From: Clostridiales bacterium
GTDB taxonomy: Bacteria > Bacillota > Clostridia > Christensenellales > DTU072
Length of the DNA stretch: 64,000 nt
Assembly (NCBI GenBank): GCA_012838805.1
Contig: DUON01000015.1
Location: forward strand, 872-64,871
Direction of reading: 5' to 3'
Positions 18,375 through 27,331 of the stretch are shown one piece after another; position 1 is the first letter of the stretch, and every line of letters begins with the position of its first letter. Made by a program: the position numbers and the translations under genes. Below the pieces are notes generated by a model. It was not told the DNA's origin. It saw nothing but the letters and a program-made list of their open reading frames with translations, and made no database searches.

Positions 18375-19535
18375 GTGACAAAAGGCCGTTACATAATCAA
18401 AGAGATATTTTTCTATATATCTTTTATAATCGTATTTTCGATTGTCTTTTTAATGCTGAGCCTTATCCGCGCCCATTGGTATGTCTTCTTAGCCGCGGGG
18501 TTCTGCGGAGTTTTTCTTGTCTTTTTTAGAAAATCATTCTATTATAGAGGCTTTATTAAAGTAATCTCATGGATAATGGCTTTAATAATACCGCTTACGG
18601 GCATGGTGTATTTCCGCGCCGAAAAGAATGTGTCAGCAAGAGGGGTTTTGCTCCGTGAAAGCATAGGTTATATGACACGTTTGCCCTCCTTAAGCGGTGC
18701 AAGAATGATGTTCACCACCGAAGACCTCTTGAACAACATGCATTTTTGGAAAGCGCCCAAAGGATACACTCTTAAAGTGATTGAAAAAGACGGTATCTAT
18801 ATGGAAGAGCTGTCATATGAGCATTCTCAAACTCAAGATATTATTTTACAGCTTCACGGCGGAGGGTATATTATAGGTTTTATGGACATATATCGTCATA
18901 CCGCCTTGATGTATTCCAAGGCGGGGGGCGGAGCAAAGGTTTTTTCATTGGATTACAGAACAGCGCCCGAACACACTTTCCCCGCAGCTCTGGACGACGC
19001 CATGACGGCTTGGCAATGGCTTTTGGACGCGGGCTATAAACCTGAAAATATCATTGTGGCGGGGGACAGTGCGGGAGGAAATCTGGCACTTGCCTTGACT
19101 GCAAAATTGAGAGACCAAAAAAGCCCCCTCCCCAAAGCCTTGATTTTGATGTCTCCTTGGACAGACATGGCGGGGCAAGGTCCGTCACATATCTATAATC
19201 AAAACAAAGACCCTATCTTTGGGAACAAAAACGGAGTGGTCAACAATATAGACGGCAAGTCCAACCCTTATGCGGGCGATACCGATTTGAAAGATCCCTA
19301 TCTTTCCCCCGTCTATGGCGATTTTGAAGGCTTTCCTCCCATGCTCATACAAGTGGGCTCGCATGAAGTTTTGGAAAGCGACTCTTTAACCGTCGCCGAA
19401 AAAGCCCAAAAAGACGGCGTGGATGTGACCTTAACCCGTTATGAGGGCATGTTCCATGTATTCCAATTGGCGGGAAATCTGCTTCCCGAAAGCAAAAAAG
19501 CTTGGCAGGAAGTAGCCGAATACCTTAAAAATTAA
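18375..19535 (+). CDS. Alpha/beta hydrolase (fold-3 esterase) with an N-terminal triple-TM anchor
   Basis: LHGGGYIIGF, GDSAGGNLAL and GMFHVF motifs. It is clearly paralogous to 8030..8959 but has about 90 extra N-terminal hydrophobic residues. Confidence 0.85.
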   Translation: MTKGRYIIKEIFFYISFIIVFSIVFLMLSLIRAHWYVFLAAGFCGVFLVFFRKSFYYRGFIKVISWIMALIIPLTGMVYFRAEKNVSARGVLLRESIGYMTRLPSLSGARMMFTTEDLLNNMHFWKAPKGYTLKVIEKDGIYMEELSYEHSQTQDIILQLHGGGYIIGFMDIYRHTALMYSKAGGGAKVFSLDYRTAPEHTFPAALDDAMTAWQWLLDAGYKPENIIVAGDSAGGNLALALTAKLRDQKSPLPKALILMSPWTDMAGQGPSHIYNQNKDPIFGNKNGVVNNIDGKSNPYAGDTDLKDPYLSPVYGDFEGFPPMLIQVGSHEVLESDSLTVAEKAQKDGVDVTLTRYEGMFHVFQLAGNLLPESKKAWQEVAEYLKN

Positions 19536-20443
19536 ATTTTTTGTTTTACCGAAAATTTCTTTATAATCTCTATTGGATGATAACTCATCTTGGCTTTTCT
19601 CAACCCTTCGTCCCCCACATCTTCTTCTCTGTTCACAAAATAGACATCTTCATGCTTGAAATAGTTCAAAAACTCATTGTTAATGACGGCATAAGAGCCT
19701 TTATATTCCCTATCAGCTTTTTCTATATGCACAAACAAAATATCTCTTTGTATCTCCCCAATTGAAAAGGCGGCAATATTGCCTTCGACTTCAAGATATC
19801 CGCCTATCAGCCTTAATCTGTGATAGTCATTCAAGATATTATAGAGCATTTCCTTTTCCCTATAAAAAAGCGCTTGGTCTTTTTGCACCTGCTGATAATA
19901 ATTCTCAGAGAAATCTCTTATTCTTGGGATATCCTCTATTTTTATTTCCTTAAAGACATAGTCATGATAATTCCTTGCAAATTGGTTTATATGATTTCTT
20001 TTGCTGTGGTATTTTTTGCCTTTAAGGTACAGTAAATCCGAATATCTATATATGTATTCCCCCCAGTTCTCCAAATTTCTTATCTCAAAGATATCTCCAA
20101 AATGGTCGGTTAAAATTTTAGCGGCGGGCTCTGTGACCCCGTGAAAATTCATTGGTATATTGTGAAAAAGGCAATATTCCTTTATGCTGTCAAGCGCTTT
20201 TTTTACATCGCCTTCCCCCAAAGGGATGCTGAATGTGACATTACCTTTCAGGTTGCTTTTTATGATAAGCGTGTCATGGCTTATGGCAAATTCATAGTTC
20301 AAATACCCCTTCCACATATACAGTACGCCAGGGGTATAATCGCAAATTCTGAAAGGCTGATTAATTAAATAGCTATTGATTAAATCATAATCATCTAAAG
20401 AAATTTTTTTGAAAGACAAGATGCTTTTTTTTAGGTTAGTCAT
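19532..20443 (-). CDS. DUF2156-like protein (MprF C-terminal / GNAT-like fold)
   Basis: FKKISLDDYDLINSYL...ICDYTPGVLYMWKGYL... matches my recollection of stand-alone DUF2156 proteins. The start is uncertain: ATG at 20443 or TTG at 20470. Confidence 0.65.
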   Translation of the reverse strand: MTNLKKSILSFKKISLDDYDLINSYLINQPFRICDYTPGVLYMWKGYLNYEFAISHDTLIIKSNLKGNVTFSIPLGEGDVKKALDSIKEYCLFHNIPMNFHGVTEPAAKILTDHFGDIFEIRNLENWGEYIYRYSDLLYLKGKKYHSKRNHINQFARNYHDYVFKEIKIEDIPRIRDFSENYYQQVQKDQALFYREKEMLYNILNDYHRLRLIGGYLEVEGNIAAFSIGEIQRDILFVHIEKADREYKGSYAVINNEFLNYFKHEDVYFVNREEDVGDEGLRKAKMSYHPIEIIKKFSVKQKI

Positions 20444-20511
20444 ATATTCTTTAGCCAGCCAAACTGACAAATTCTTGACAGATTGACTGGCTATATACCT
20501 CTTTTGTAATT

Positions 20512-22695
20512 TTAGGTCGGATCAATCTCAACCACAATTTTGGCGTTATCAATAATATCTGGCGGAGGCAAAAGATTGCCAAAACCTGAAACATTGCCCC
20601 CACCGTTGACCTGATTTCCAATTCCCGGAATTTCAGGATAATACCCCGTGCCGAAGAACATATATCCGCCATTATCCTTGTATTGGGTTCCGTCAAAAGT
20701 CGCCGACCTTATCGTGCAGCCGGGCAGTATCGTCAGAGTGTAACTATCGGTAAGGACATTGAATATCTTGGTAAACGCTCCTTCCATGCTGGCATCGCCA
20801 GACAATACCAGAGTGTCCCCTTCCTCAAAATTGGATAGAGAATCAATGAGCTCCATATTAATAGTATGGGTTCCCAAAGGCAAATAATGTCTTTTAGGCG
20901 TCATACGGGAAGGAATGACGGCGGGATTGGCTATTATCTCCACAAAGTCTTCAACTATATCGCTGAGCACGCTGTTTCTTATCTTCGCGTTATATTCGTC
21001 CATATTGCTTCCCATAGAGAAATCATTGACCACGCCTATATTAATAAGCCTTTGCACCCGCACTGTGGACACAGCGGTTTCAAGCTCAAACGCCACATCA
21101 TAGATTAAGGTGTCGGGAGATATCATAGACAAAAATCCCGAGCTATAGTCTTCTTCCTCAAACACTTCTCTTATCTTAAGCGTGGCTATCTTATCGTTTA
21201 AGTCCTTTATCGGAGTGTCTTTCAAAGACTGAAGCAAGCTTTCTGAACTGGAGTCTATGGCAATAATCTCTCCCAGCTTCATATCCCGCACCAAGTCTTC
21301 AAGTTTATTGTGAAGATCCTTTACTTTGAGGTCTTCGTCTCCAAATTCGTCCTCTGTTCCCTCAGGGTCTATTTCGGGGTCGAAAGCCCTCATTTTTCTA
21401 AGTATGGGCGGAGATGTGATAGTGATTTCCATGACATGGCACATTCCCATATTGTCAATTCTCTGCCCTATATCTTCAATAGTGCTTTCTCCTATATATT
21501 CCCAAATATATTCTTCACCAGTTACCAAAAGGTCTTTTAATGGCGTGATCCTCAATTTGTCGTTTATGCCAAGAACCTCTGGGTTTTCCCCGTCTGCGGG
21601 TATGGTTTCAAGCGGACAATCTTTCAAAGCCCATAATACTTTTGTAGAACCGCCGGGTTCAGACGGGTCTTTGATGTCCATTATATCGCTAAGGGTCATA
21701 ACCTTAAGCGCGGCGTTTACTCCACCGTCGTCGCCGTCTAATGTGGTGTTGTTTTCTTTGAAGTATTGAAGTATTCGGCTGGAGTTTTCGTCTATGTTCA
21801 TAAGGTTCGATATAGGCATATTCAAGATATCCTGATATGCGTCTTCCGATCCTATTTCGGCAAGTGTCTTTTCCCTCAATTCGTAAAGAACTTTGTTCTC
21901 CGGGTCTATATCTATGACCTCTTCCAAAGTCATCTGCATAATATGGTCGTTTGTCTCTTTGGTTCCCAAATCCCCTACCCTGACATCTTTCAAGTGAATG
22001 AGCACATTGTTGGACTTATTGGGACCCTCTTCGACTATTGTTATGACTTCATGGAGCATAAGAGAATTTATTCTATTGTCAAGACCCGAATCGGGATCAC
22101 TGAGCTCTCCGATTTTCAAGTCTCTTAGGCTTCTGATAATGGGGCTTGAGTCGTCGTCGATTTCCACAAAATCTTCTAGCGGAAAGTTTTCCAAATCTTT
22201 TAATGCCATAGCAAGAGGCGTCTTAAGATATTCCGCATCATTAAAAAGCGGTATGTTGGGGAACTGTATCCCGAACTTATCGGAAGCGATTTCTAAAGTC
22301 ACATTCTGCGAAAAAGTCTCTCCAAATCCCGAAAGGGTGGATTCTCTTACTGCGTCCTCGGGAATGCCCGTGACATCGCTTATGGATGTGGATATGGTAA
22401 GTCCCAACGCCATCTCAATTTCTCCAATCGGCGTTGAGGTCATTGCACCCAATATGGGCAGAATCTTTTTCCCCCATTCAAGTATGGAAAGCTCTCTATA
22501 TTCTTCATAAAAATCAATGGGCAGTCCGTTGTTTTGGGCTAAATCTTCAACCGTGCCCATCATTCCTTCTTTAGTAACTATTATGTAGCCACCTAAAGCC
22601 AGCCCGCCGAACGCCAAGACAACGCCAAGTATAATGCAGAATATTCCAGTAACTATCTTACCAAAACATCCGCTTGCAAAATTAGAAAACCGCAT
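20512..22695 (-). CDS. Hypothetical acidic repeat protein with an N-terminal membrane anchor
   Basis: 727 aa from MRFSNF... (GGAGGA 7 nt upstream). One N-terminal TM segment is followed by a long acidic region with recurring short L-x-[DE]-[LIV] motifs. I recognise no family. Confidence 0.6.
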   Translation of the reverse strand: MRFSNFASGCFGKIVTGIFCIILGVVLAFGGLALGGYIIVTKEGMMGTVEDLAQNNGLPIDFYEEYRELSILEWGKKILPILGAMTSTPIGEIEMALGLTISTSISDVTGIPEDAVRESTLSGFGETFSQNVTLEIASDKFGIQFPNIPLFNDAEYLKTPLAMALKDLENFPLEDFVEIDDDSSPIIRSLRDLKIGELSDPDSGLDNRINSLMLHEVITIVEEGPNKSNNVLIHLKDVRVGDLGTKETNDHIMQMTLEEVIDIDPENKVLYELREKTLAEIGSEDAYQDILNMPISNLMNIDENSSRILQYFKENNTTLDGDDGGVNAALKVMTLSDIMDIKDPSEPGGSTKVLWALKDCPLETIPADGENPEVLGINDKLRITPLKDLLVTGEEYIWEYIGESTIEDIGQRIDNMGMCHVMEITITSPPILRKMRAFDPEIDPEGTEDEFGDEDLKVKDLHNKLEDLVRDMKLGEIIAIDSSSESLLQSLKDTPIKDLNDKIATLKIREVFEEEDYSSGFLSMISPDTLIYDVAFELETAVSTVRVQRLINIGVVNDFSMGSNMDEYNAKIRNSVLSDIVEDFVEIIANPAVIPSRMTPKRHYLPLGTHTINMELIDSLSNFEEGDTLVLSGDASMEGAFTKIFNVLTDSYTLTILPGCTIRSATFDGTQYKDNGGYMFFGTGYYPEIPGIGNQVNGGGNVSGFGNLLPPPDIIDNAKIVVEIDPT

Positions 22696-22714
22696 AAAAT
22701 TTTCCTCCAATACA

Positions 22715-23542
22715 TCAGCTTATCGCGCCGACAGTCTCCATAATTCCGTCAATAATCGATTGAATGTCTATTTTATCAGCTATAAAGTTATAGAGGAAGT
22801 TGTTGTCATAAATCAACTTGGCAACCGTTGAATCCTCAATCATTTGGTTGACGGGAATGATAACCTCATAATTGCCTAATAGTCTTACTATGGTCATAAA
22901 GCCAAAGACCAAAGCGGCGCTTATAATAAACCCTAAAACACCGCCCAGCACTTTATTGAGGTAATACCCGATATATGTGTTAGATACCAATTTCTTAATT
23001 ATCATAAATATTATTCTTATGATGATATACAAGATTATCCATAGCACGACAAAAGCCGCGGCGGACAGTATATAAGCCGTGATTACGGACACTACCGCCT
23101 TCAAAAACGGCGTGGGACCGTTCTGTTCCACTTGGGACTGCACTATGCTTTTAAGGGGTGATGCCAAAAATCTTAGTCTTGACCCACCAAAAATTTCGTC
23201 AAAGGGCTTGGGACCGTCTCCGGGATTAAAGCCCAGTTCTGGGGGAGTCTCAGGATCGCCGTCTAAATCATAAAAGTCAATGATTTGATGTGAATTGGGG
23301 CCACTGGAACTCAAAGGCTGGGCAACTTGGTCCACAATCCAGTCATCAAGATAAGTATTGTCTATAACGAAGGTAACAACGGTAGTAATCAAAAGTATAG
23401 CCAGAACTAATGCCAGAAGCGAAGATATAAATCCGTATACCATTTTGAACATTCCACGCCATATGCCGAATATCAAAAGTAGAATAGTCAACGCTATAAT
23501 TATGACATCAAGGATATTTATACTACCAAAAAAATCAGACAT
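22715..23542 (-). CDS. cvpA: CvpA-family membrane protein
   Basis: INILDVIIIALTILLLIFGIWRGMFKMVYGFISSLLALVLA is a typical CvpA opening. There are four TM segments, plus an unusual ~75-aa acidic/Pro-rich loop. Confidence 0.75.
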   Translation of the reverse strand: MSDFFGSINILDVIIIALTILLLIFGIWRGMFKMVYGFISSLLALVLAILLITTVVTFVIDNTYLDDWIVDQVAQPLSSSGPNSHQIIDFYDLDGDPETPPELGFNPGDGPKPFDEIFGGSRLRFLASPLKSIVQSQVEQNGPTPFLKAVVSVITAYILSAAAFVVLWIILYIIIRIIFMIIKKLVSNTYIGYYLNKVLGGVLGFIISAALVFGFMTIVRLLGNYEVIIPVNQMIEDSTVAKLIYDNNFLYNFIADKIDIQSIIDGIMETVGAIS

Positions 23543-23740
23543 AACGCCTCCAGCCTTATATACCTATAATAATTATAATATTTTAGATAAAGTCAGTTTA
23601 TCATATTTAGCTGCAAATTGCAAGATAAAAATTATTCCATATTTTAGTTATAATAGATAAATAAAATATATATTATTTAATGAACTTTGTATATTTTCCG
23701 CTAATTGGTCAACGCTCTTAGTTAAATAAAGGAGTGTAAA

Positions 23741-24244
23741 ATGCCAAAACCGGTTATTCTTTGCATAGGCACCGACAAAGTGCCCGGTGACAGTTTGGGT
23801 CCCGTGGTGGGAGATTTATTAATTATGAAATACAATATCGACGCTTTTGTATACGGGCACAGCGCAAAGCCCGTCAACGGAATAAATTATGAAGACTATA
23901 TTGAGCACATCTCCCTTCATCACAAAAACAGTCTGATTATCGCAATAGACGCCTGCGTGGGAAGGGAAGAGGATATCGGTAGAATAAAAATCTCCACAAA
24001 AGGTCTTGTGGCGGGCGAGGCGCTTAAGAAAAAAAATAAGACAATAGGTGATGTGGCTTTATTGGGCGTTGTCGCAAAAGCTGGAAAGGACAACCTTGAA
24101 CAATTGAAAAACGCCGATGTGGCTTTGATTAGGAGTATGGCAAACACTATGGCAAAAATAACCGTGAGTATTGTCAATTATGCCTATAATATAAAAAATC
24201 TGTGTTTTAGTGTAAAAAAAAGGGAAAACAGCGCATGCCGCTAA
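23741..24244 (+). CDS. yyaC: YyaC-type sporulation protein (GPR-like spore protease family)
   Basis: ILCIGTDKVPGDSLGPVVGDLL and IIAIDACVG motifs. AAAGGAG SD upstream. Confidence 0.75.
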   Translation: MPKPVILCIGTDKVPGDSLGPVVGDLLIMKYNIDAFVYGHSAKPVNGINYEDYIEHISLHHKNSLIIAIDACVGREEDIGRIKISTKGLVAGEALKKKNKTIGDVALLGVVAKAGKDNLEQLKNADVALIRSMANTMAKITVSIVNYAYNIKNLCFSVKKRENSACR

Positions 24245-24323
24245 TATCTTTATTTGTTGCCAAGTTCTTATTATTATGATATAATTACATTCTAAATTAT
24301 CATAATAAAATTTAAGAGGCATA

Positions 24324-26477
24324 ATGAGTAACAATAACAACAGAAAAGCTATTTATATAATTTTGGCAATAATTTTAGGGACTATACTGATATCTTCGCT
24401 CTTATGGACTAACGGCGTTTTTGGACCAAAACCTGAAAAAAAAGTATACAGCGAATTTATTGACGATTTAGAAAAAGGTGATGTCGCCGGCGTCATCTTG
24501 ACAGGCAATTACGAAATAAGAGTAAGGCTGAAGAACTCCAAGTTCACCCATGAGGAATTTTTGGACAACGAAAAAAATTCGGACTATACCTGTATCATTA
24601 CCGACAGAAATACTGTCAGCGAAGACATCCGAAATGTCTATAAAGAAAACGAGAACGAGGAAGGTTTTGAGGAATTGCCTTATATCTCCTTGAACGACCC
24701 TTCCGAAGGCAGTTTTTGGACGAATATCATTCCCATTCTATCCTTTGTGCTGATAGGCATCATGGTGATTTTTATCATTTTGTCAATGCGCGGAGGAAAA
24801 GGTGCAAGCAGCGCTTTGAATTTCGGCAAGACCAAAGCACGCCTAAATACTGGTGTAAAAGTCAGGTTTAGCGATGTGGCGGGCGCCGAGGAAGAAAAAG
24901 AAGAGCTTTATGAGATTGTGGACTTCTTAAAACATCCCAAAAAATATGTCAACTTGGGCGCCAGAATTCCCAAAGGCGTACTCTTGGTAGGACCTCCCGG
25001 AACAGGCAAGACGCTTTTTGCCAAAGCCGTCGCCGGCGAAGCCAATGTGCCCTTTTTCTCAATCTCTGGCTCTGATTTTGTGGAGATGTTTGTGGGAATT
25101 GGCGCAGCCAGAGTAAGAGACCTATTCAATCAAGCAAAAAAGAATATGCCCTGCATACTCTTTATTGACGAAATAGACGCCGTCGGCAGACAGAGGGGTG
25201 CTGGGCTTGGCGGAGGCAACGACGAAAGAGAGCAGACCCTCAACCAGCTGCTGGTGGAAATGGACGGCTTTACCACAAATGACGGCATTGTGATTATGGC
25301 GGCGACAAACAGAGTGGATATCTTAGACCCCGCGCTTATGAGACCGGGCAGATTTGACAGACAAATATATGTCCATATCCCAGATGTCAAAGGCAGAGAG
25401 GCTATATTCAAAGTCCACGCTCGAAACAAGCCCATAGCCAAAGATGTGGACTTCAAAAACCTTGCCCGACTGACAAGCGGTTTCAGCGGAGCTGATATAG
25501 AGAACCTCTTGAACGAAGCGGCGATACTTGCCGCAAGGCATAACCGTTCGGTAATAATCATGGAAGACCTGTTAGAGGGCATAAACAAGGTTATCGCTGG
25601 TCCGCAGAAAAAATCCCGACTAATAACCGAAAGCGACAAGAGAATAACCGCCTATCACGAGGCGGGGCACGCCCTTGTGGCAAAATTTATGAAGCACTGC
25701 AACGATGTACAAGAAGTATCCATAATCCCGAGAGGTGCAGCCGCTGGCTATACCTTGTCACTTCCCAAGAATGACGACAACCATATCACTATGAACAGAC
25801 TTCATGACGAAATAACCATGATACTTGGCGGAAGAGCGGCGGAAGAAATCATCATTCAAGACATTTCCACCGGGGCTTCCAACGACCTTAAGCGAGTCAC
25901 CCAAATAGCCAGAAGCATGGTATGCGAATGGGGAATGAGCGATAGTCTCAAAAACATGTTCTTTGGCGGAGACCAAGAAGTGTTTATAGGCAGGGACTAT
26001 AAGACTCATCAAAGCTATTCAGAAAAGATAGCAGCTATCATAGACGAGGAAATACAAAAAATAGTTGAGAGAAACTATGAAAGAGCCTTGAAAGTCATAA
26101 AAGAAAATTTAGATATTCTGGAAAACATAGTCAAGCTGCTTTTTGAAAGGGAAACTATCTATTCAGACGAAGTGGATATGCTGATTGAGAGAAGACCGCT
26201 TGAGGAAATAAACGAATATATAGACAAAAAGCTAAAAGAAAAAGAAGAATATAAAAACAATAACAACCCCTCTCCTTTTAAGCCCGCAAGCTCAATAATA
26301 GTCAAAGAGCCTTCCCAAACACCAACTCAATTGGAAGATAAAGGCGAAGATAAACCCCAAGATAAAGGCGAAGATAAACCCCAAGAAAAAGGCGAAGAAG
26401 CTCAAGAGAAAGAAAAAATCGTTAAGAAAGAAACAGCTGAAAAAAAGGAAGAAGAGGAAAAGAAAACTAAAGAATAA
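24324..26477 (+). CDS. ftsH: ATP-dependent zinc metalloprotease FtsH
   Basis: Two N-terminal TM segments, Walker A GPPGTGKT, Walker [12 protein letters not shown] region [19 protein letters not shown] and zinc site HEAGHA. Confidence 0.95.
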   Translation: MSNNNNRKAIYIILAIILGTILISSLLWTNGVFGPKPEKKVYSEFIDDLEKGDVAGVILTGNYEIRVRLKNSKFTHEEFLDNEKNSDYTCIITDRNTVSEDIRNVYKENENEEGFEELPYISLNDPSEGSFWTNIIPILSFVLIGIMVIFIILSMRGGKGASSALNFGKTKARLNTGVKVRFSDVAGAEEEKEELYEIVDFLKHPKKYVNLGARIPKGVLLVGPPGTGKTLFAKAVAGEANVPFFSISGSDFVEMFVGIGAARVRDLFNQAKKNMPCILFIDEIDAVGRQRGAGLGGGNDEREQTLNQLLVEMDGFTTNDGIVIMAATNRVDILDPALMRPGRFDRQIYVHIPDVKGREAIFKVHARNKPIAKDVDFKNLARLTSGFSGADIENLLNEAAILAARHNRSVIIMEDLLEGINKVIAGPQKKSRLITESDKRITAYHEAGHALVAKFMKHCNDVQEVSIIPRGAAAGYTLSLPKNDDNHITMNRLHDEITMILGGRAAEEIIIQDISTGASNDLKRVTQIARSMVCEWGMSDSLKNMFFGGDQEVFIGRDYKTHQSYSEKIAAIIDEEIQKIVERNYERALKVIKENLDILENIVKLLFERETIYSDEVDMLIERRPLEEINEYIDKKLKEKEEYKNNNNPSPFKPASSIIVKEPSQTPTQLEDKGEDKPQDKGEDKPQEKGEEAQEKEKIVKKETAEKKEEEEKKTKE
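26337..26400 (+). repeat. 24-bp perfect tandem duplication plus a degenerate third unit inside the ftsH 3' tail
   Basis: gataaaggcgaagataaaccccaa occurs at 26337..26360 and again at 26361..26384, followed by gaaaaaggcgaagaag. It encodes [21 protein letters not shown]. Confidence 0.9.
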
Positions 26478-26510
26478 AAAGACTAAAACTAATTCAGGAA
26501 AAGAATAAAA

Positions 26511-26531
26511 GGGGCTGTCTAAGACAGCCCC
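26511..26531. terminator. Bidirectional terminator hairpin between convergent ftsH and the HD-domain gene
   Basis: GGGGCTGTC-t(a)a-GACAGCCCC. The minus-strand reading is followed by TTTTATTCTTTTCC. The plus-strand reading has only a delayed T-run. Confidence 0.55.
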
Positions 26532-26639
26532 TGATTATATACCATTTTTTCTATTTATAACTAAAACAGCCCTTACTTTTCTTACTATATGAGTTAAAAT
26601 TTTAAGACGCTAAACTCATTTAACAAGTTCAGATACTTT

Positions 26640-27221
26640 TTATCCTTTTTTTTCGTCAAGGTATGTGGCTTGCAAGTCGGATATATGAAACAACAGGCTT
26701 ATCGGGTAACTATAAAAAACAGAGCTCAAAGCATAACTTCCGCCCAAAACCCTTTGGTCATAGCCTCCCATATGCCAGTTTATCGCCATGGCTTCATCTC
26801 TTGTAAGTCTCATAAAAGCGGAAATTATGTAAACGGACTTTTCACCGTGCCCGTAAGGCAGCTTATCGTCCACAGTAAAGTATGGAACGCTTTCCCATAC
26901 CCCTTCCCTTTTCACATTTTTATACTCGACTTTATAGTAGTCTACCTTGCACACATCGTGCAAAAGAGCGATGACGGCGACGCTTTCGGGACTAATTTTT
27001 TCCTCCCACATCCCCTCATATTCCATATCCAGATTTTGAATAAATCTATAATATGCCTTGACGCTGTGTTCGCATAGACCGCCTTGGTGGGCGGAATGAA
27101 ATCTTGTGCTTGCCGGTGCGGTGAAGAAATCGCTTTTTAATAGCCATTCAAGCAGCTTGTCGCTGCCCTCTCTCTTAATGTTTTCTTTATAGATACTCAA
27201 AAATTCTTCTTTATAGTCCAT
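26640..27221 (-). CDS. HD-domain phosphohydrolase
   Basis: 193 aa with FHSAHQGGLCEHS and ALLHDVCK (H...HD metal site). GGAAGGAAAG SD upstream. Confidence 0.75.
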   Translation of the reverse strand: MDYKEEFLSIYKENIKREGSDKLLEWLLKSDFFTAPASTRFHSAHQGGLCEHSVKAYYRFIQNLDMEYEGMWEEKISPESVAVIALLHDVCKVDYYKVEYKNVKREGVWESVPYFTVDDKLPYGHGEKSVYIISAFMRLTRDEAMAINWHMGGYDQRVLGGSYALSSVFYSYPISLLFHISDLQATYLDEKKG

Positions 27222-27253
27222 TCTTTCCTTCCGTTATTTGAATAATATATTTT

Positions 27254-27282
27254 ATTATACCATATATGAAAATAAAGCTCAA
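27254..27282 (-). promoter_or_regulatory. Sigma-A-type promoter for the HD-domain gene
   Basis: Minus strand: TTGAGC (27282..27277), a 17-nt spacer ending in TGG, then TATAAT (27259..27254). Confidence 0.5.
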
Positions 27283-27284
27283 AA

Positions 27285-27318
27285 CAAAAAAGCCACCCTT
27301 AAAAGGATGGCTTTTTTA
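27285..27318 (-). terminator. Rho-independent terminator after the SbcC-like gene
   Basis: Minus strand: AGCCATCC-ttttaa-GGGTGGCT (one mismatch) followed by TTTTTTGTTTT. A T-run is also present on the plus strand, so it may act in both directions. Confidence 0.6.
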
Positions 27319-27331
27319 ATCAGAAAACAAT

